Below the pieces are notes generated by a model. That model was not told the DNA's origin and made no database searches. It saw nothing but the letters and a program-made list of their open reading frames with translations. Both the position numbers and the translations under genes were made by a program. 64,000 nt of DNA from positions 9,149 to 73,148 of the forward strand of contig CAVWTG010000005.1 of NCBI GenBank assembly GCA_963757705.1. Direction: 5' to 3'. This DNA comes from an uncultured Actinomycetes bacterium (GTDB taxonomy: Bacteria; Actinomycetota; Thermoleophilia; Solirubrobacterales; Solirubrobacteraceae). Shown one piece after another: positions 62,968-64,000 of this stretch (position 1 is its first letter; the number at the start of each line of letters is the position of its first letter).

Positions 62968-64000
62968 ATGCAGTCCCTCCGAAGCATCACCTCCCTGCTC
63001 CTTGCCGTGACCGCGCTCCTGGCGTTCCAGGCCGTCGCGATCGCCCAGGCCGGCCCCGTGGCGCACACCGCGATCTGCTCCACGACCTCGGTCCTCAAGG
63101 CCAAGAAGGCCCTGCGGACGGCCAAGCGCCTGCGCCTGCGGGCCCTGCGCTCCCACCACGGGACCCGCGCCCGGCGCGCGCATCGCCGTCACGCCGCCAA
63201 CGTCCGTCTTCGCCGCGCACGCCGGGCGATGGCCGCGGCCCACCGTTGCGCCCGGCGGAAGGCGACGGTGTCCAGCACCTCGGGTCAGCTCCCCGCCGCG
63301 ACCTCCTCGCAGGCCGCGCGCGGCGAGTACTCCTGGGACTTCGAGAGCGGCGAGCAGGGCAACGGCTGCTCCAAGCGCGGCCTGAGCTGCCCCGGGCTCG
63401 TCGGCTGGGACGTCCCGCAGTGGAAGGAGATGGCCAATGGACAGACCAGGGCCGTCGATCCCGCCACCTACGGCGTGCCGGCCCGCGACGGCGGCACGAA
63501 CGACCACGTCCTGCGCGCCTCCGTCTCAGAGGCCCAGCGCGACGCCGGCCAGTACGCCGCCTACCTCTACAAGGTATGGGCCGTCGCGGCGCCCGAGACG
63601 ACCTGGCAGAACGAGTTCACCGACGCCCCGTACGAGCGCATGACCCGCGGCCAGGAGGCCGGGAGCTACACCGCCTGGTACTACCTGCCCGAGAGCACCA
63701 AGAGCACGCTCCAGCACAACAGCGATGAGACGCACGGCTGGGTCAACATCATGCAGTTCAAGCACTCCAACCCGAACATGGACGGGCCGGGGCAGTGGAA
63801 CCAGCCGCCCGAGTGGTGGGTCAACATCCGCAATAACGACCCCAACCGCATCACGCTCGTCGTCAGCCACGAGGGCGACCCGGGGTGGGGCGACCGCGCC
63901 GGGCAGGCCCGCCAGCCCGAGGTTCCGTTCGGCCGCTGGTTCCAGCTGCGCGCCGACATCCACCCGGGCAACCGCATCGAGTTCTACCTCGACGGCAAGC
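62968..64000 (+). CDS. Concanavalin-like (polysaccharide-lyase-like) protein, paralog C, truncated by window edge
   Basis: Own translation from ATG 62968: MQSLRSITSLLLAVTALLAFQAVAIAQA...AICSTTSVLKAKKALRTAKRLRLRALRSHH...HRCARRK...EYSWDFESGEQGNGC...GWDVPQWKEMANGQT...GWVNIMQFKHSNPNMDGPGQWNQPPEWWVNIRNNDPNRITL...FGRWFQLRADIHPGNRIEFYLDGK. It is not in the ORF track because no stop lies in the window. Confidence 0.7.
   Translation, partial: MQSLRSITSLLLAVTALLAFQAVAIAQAGPVAHTAICSTTSVLKAKKALRTAKRLRLRALRSHHGTRARRAHRRHAANVRLRRARRAMAAAHRCARRKATVSSTSGQLPAATSSQAARGEYSWDFESGEQGNGCSKRGLSCPGLVGWDVPQWKEMANGQTRAVDPATYGVPARDGGTNDHVLRASVSEAQRDAGQYAAYLYKVWAVAAPETTWQNEFTDAPYERMTRGQEAGSYTAWYYLPESTKSTLQHNSDETHGWVNIMQFKHSNPNMDGPGQWNQPPEWWVNIRNNDPNRITLVVSHEGDPGWGDRAGQARQPEVPFGRWFQLRADIHPGNRIEFYLDGK

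Overview
High-GC bacterial chromosome segment, Actinomycetota-like in codon usage, dominated by cell-envelope polysaccharide genes. All calls come from reading the sequence and ORF translations by eye, with no database searches, so family names are motif-level assignments. I count 18 glycosyltransferase genes: 12 GT4-like, 5 GT2-like and 1 GT26-like. There are also 2 Wzx-like flippases, 3 O-antigen-ligase/Wzy-like membrane proteins and 2 priming phosphoglycosyl transferases (one WbaP-like, one small PglC-like). Two PCP/Wzc proteins are present, one with a full tyrosine-kinase domain and one degenerate. Nucleotide-sugar enzymes are glf, a UXS-like decarboxylase and a Gfo/Idh/MocA + DegT pair. 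A block of polymer-modifying enzymes holds two deacetylase-like proteins, a glucuronyl-C5-epimerase-like protein, a cupin/JmjC-like protein and two FemAB/GNAT-like proteins. Other content: one complete IS481-family element with a 6-bp CTAG-centred target duplication, a lower-GC islet with a frameshifted STAND/AAA-like ATPase, and an ECF sigma factor module. There are also two paralogous mini-proteins with (L/V)PFTG sorting signals, a 1119-aa alanine-heptad coiled-coil protein, and three tandem secreted concanavalin-like (polysaccharide-lyase-like) paralogs at the right edge. About eleven genes, almost all in the first 40 kb, carry single-base frame changes, often at G/C runs, while their immediate neighbours and the 39.7-59.9 kb locus are intact. 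I cannot tell real pseudogenisation from homopolymer sequencing error using sequence alone. Many long ORFs in the six-frame track are antisense or out-of-frame artefacts of the high G+C content. No rRNA, tRNA or CRISPR array was seen.
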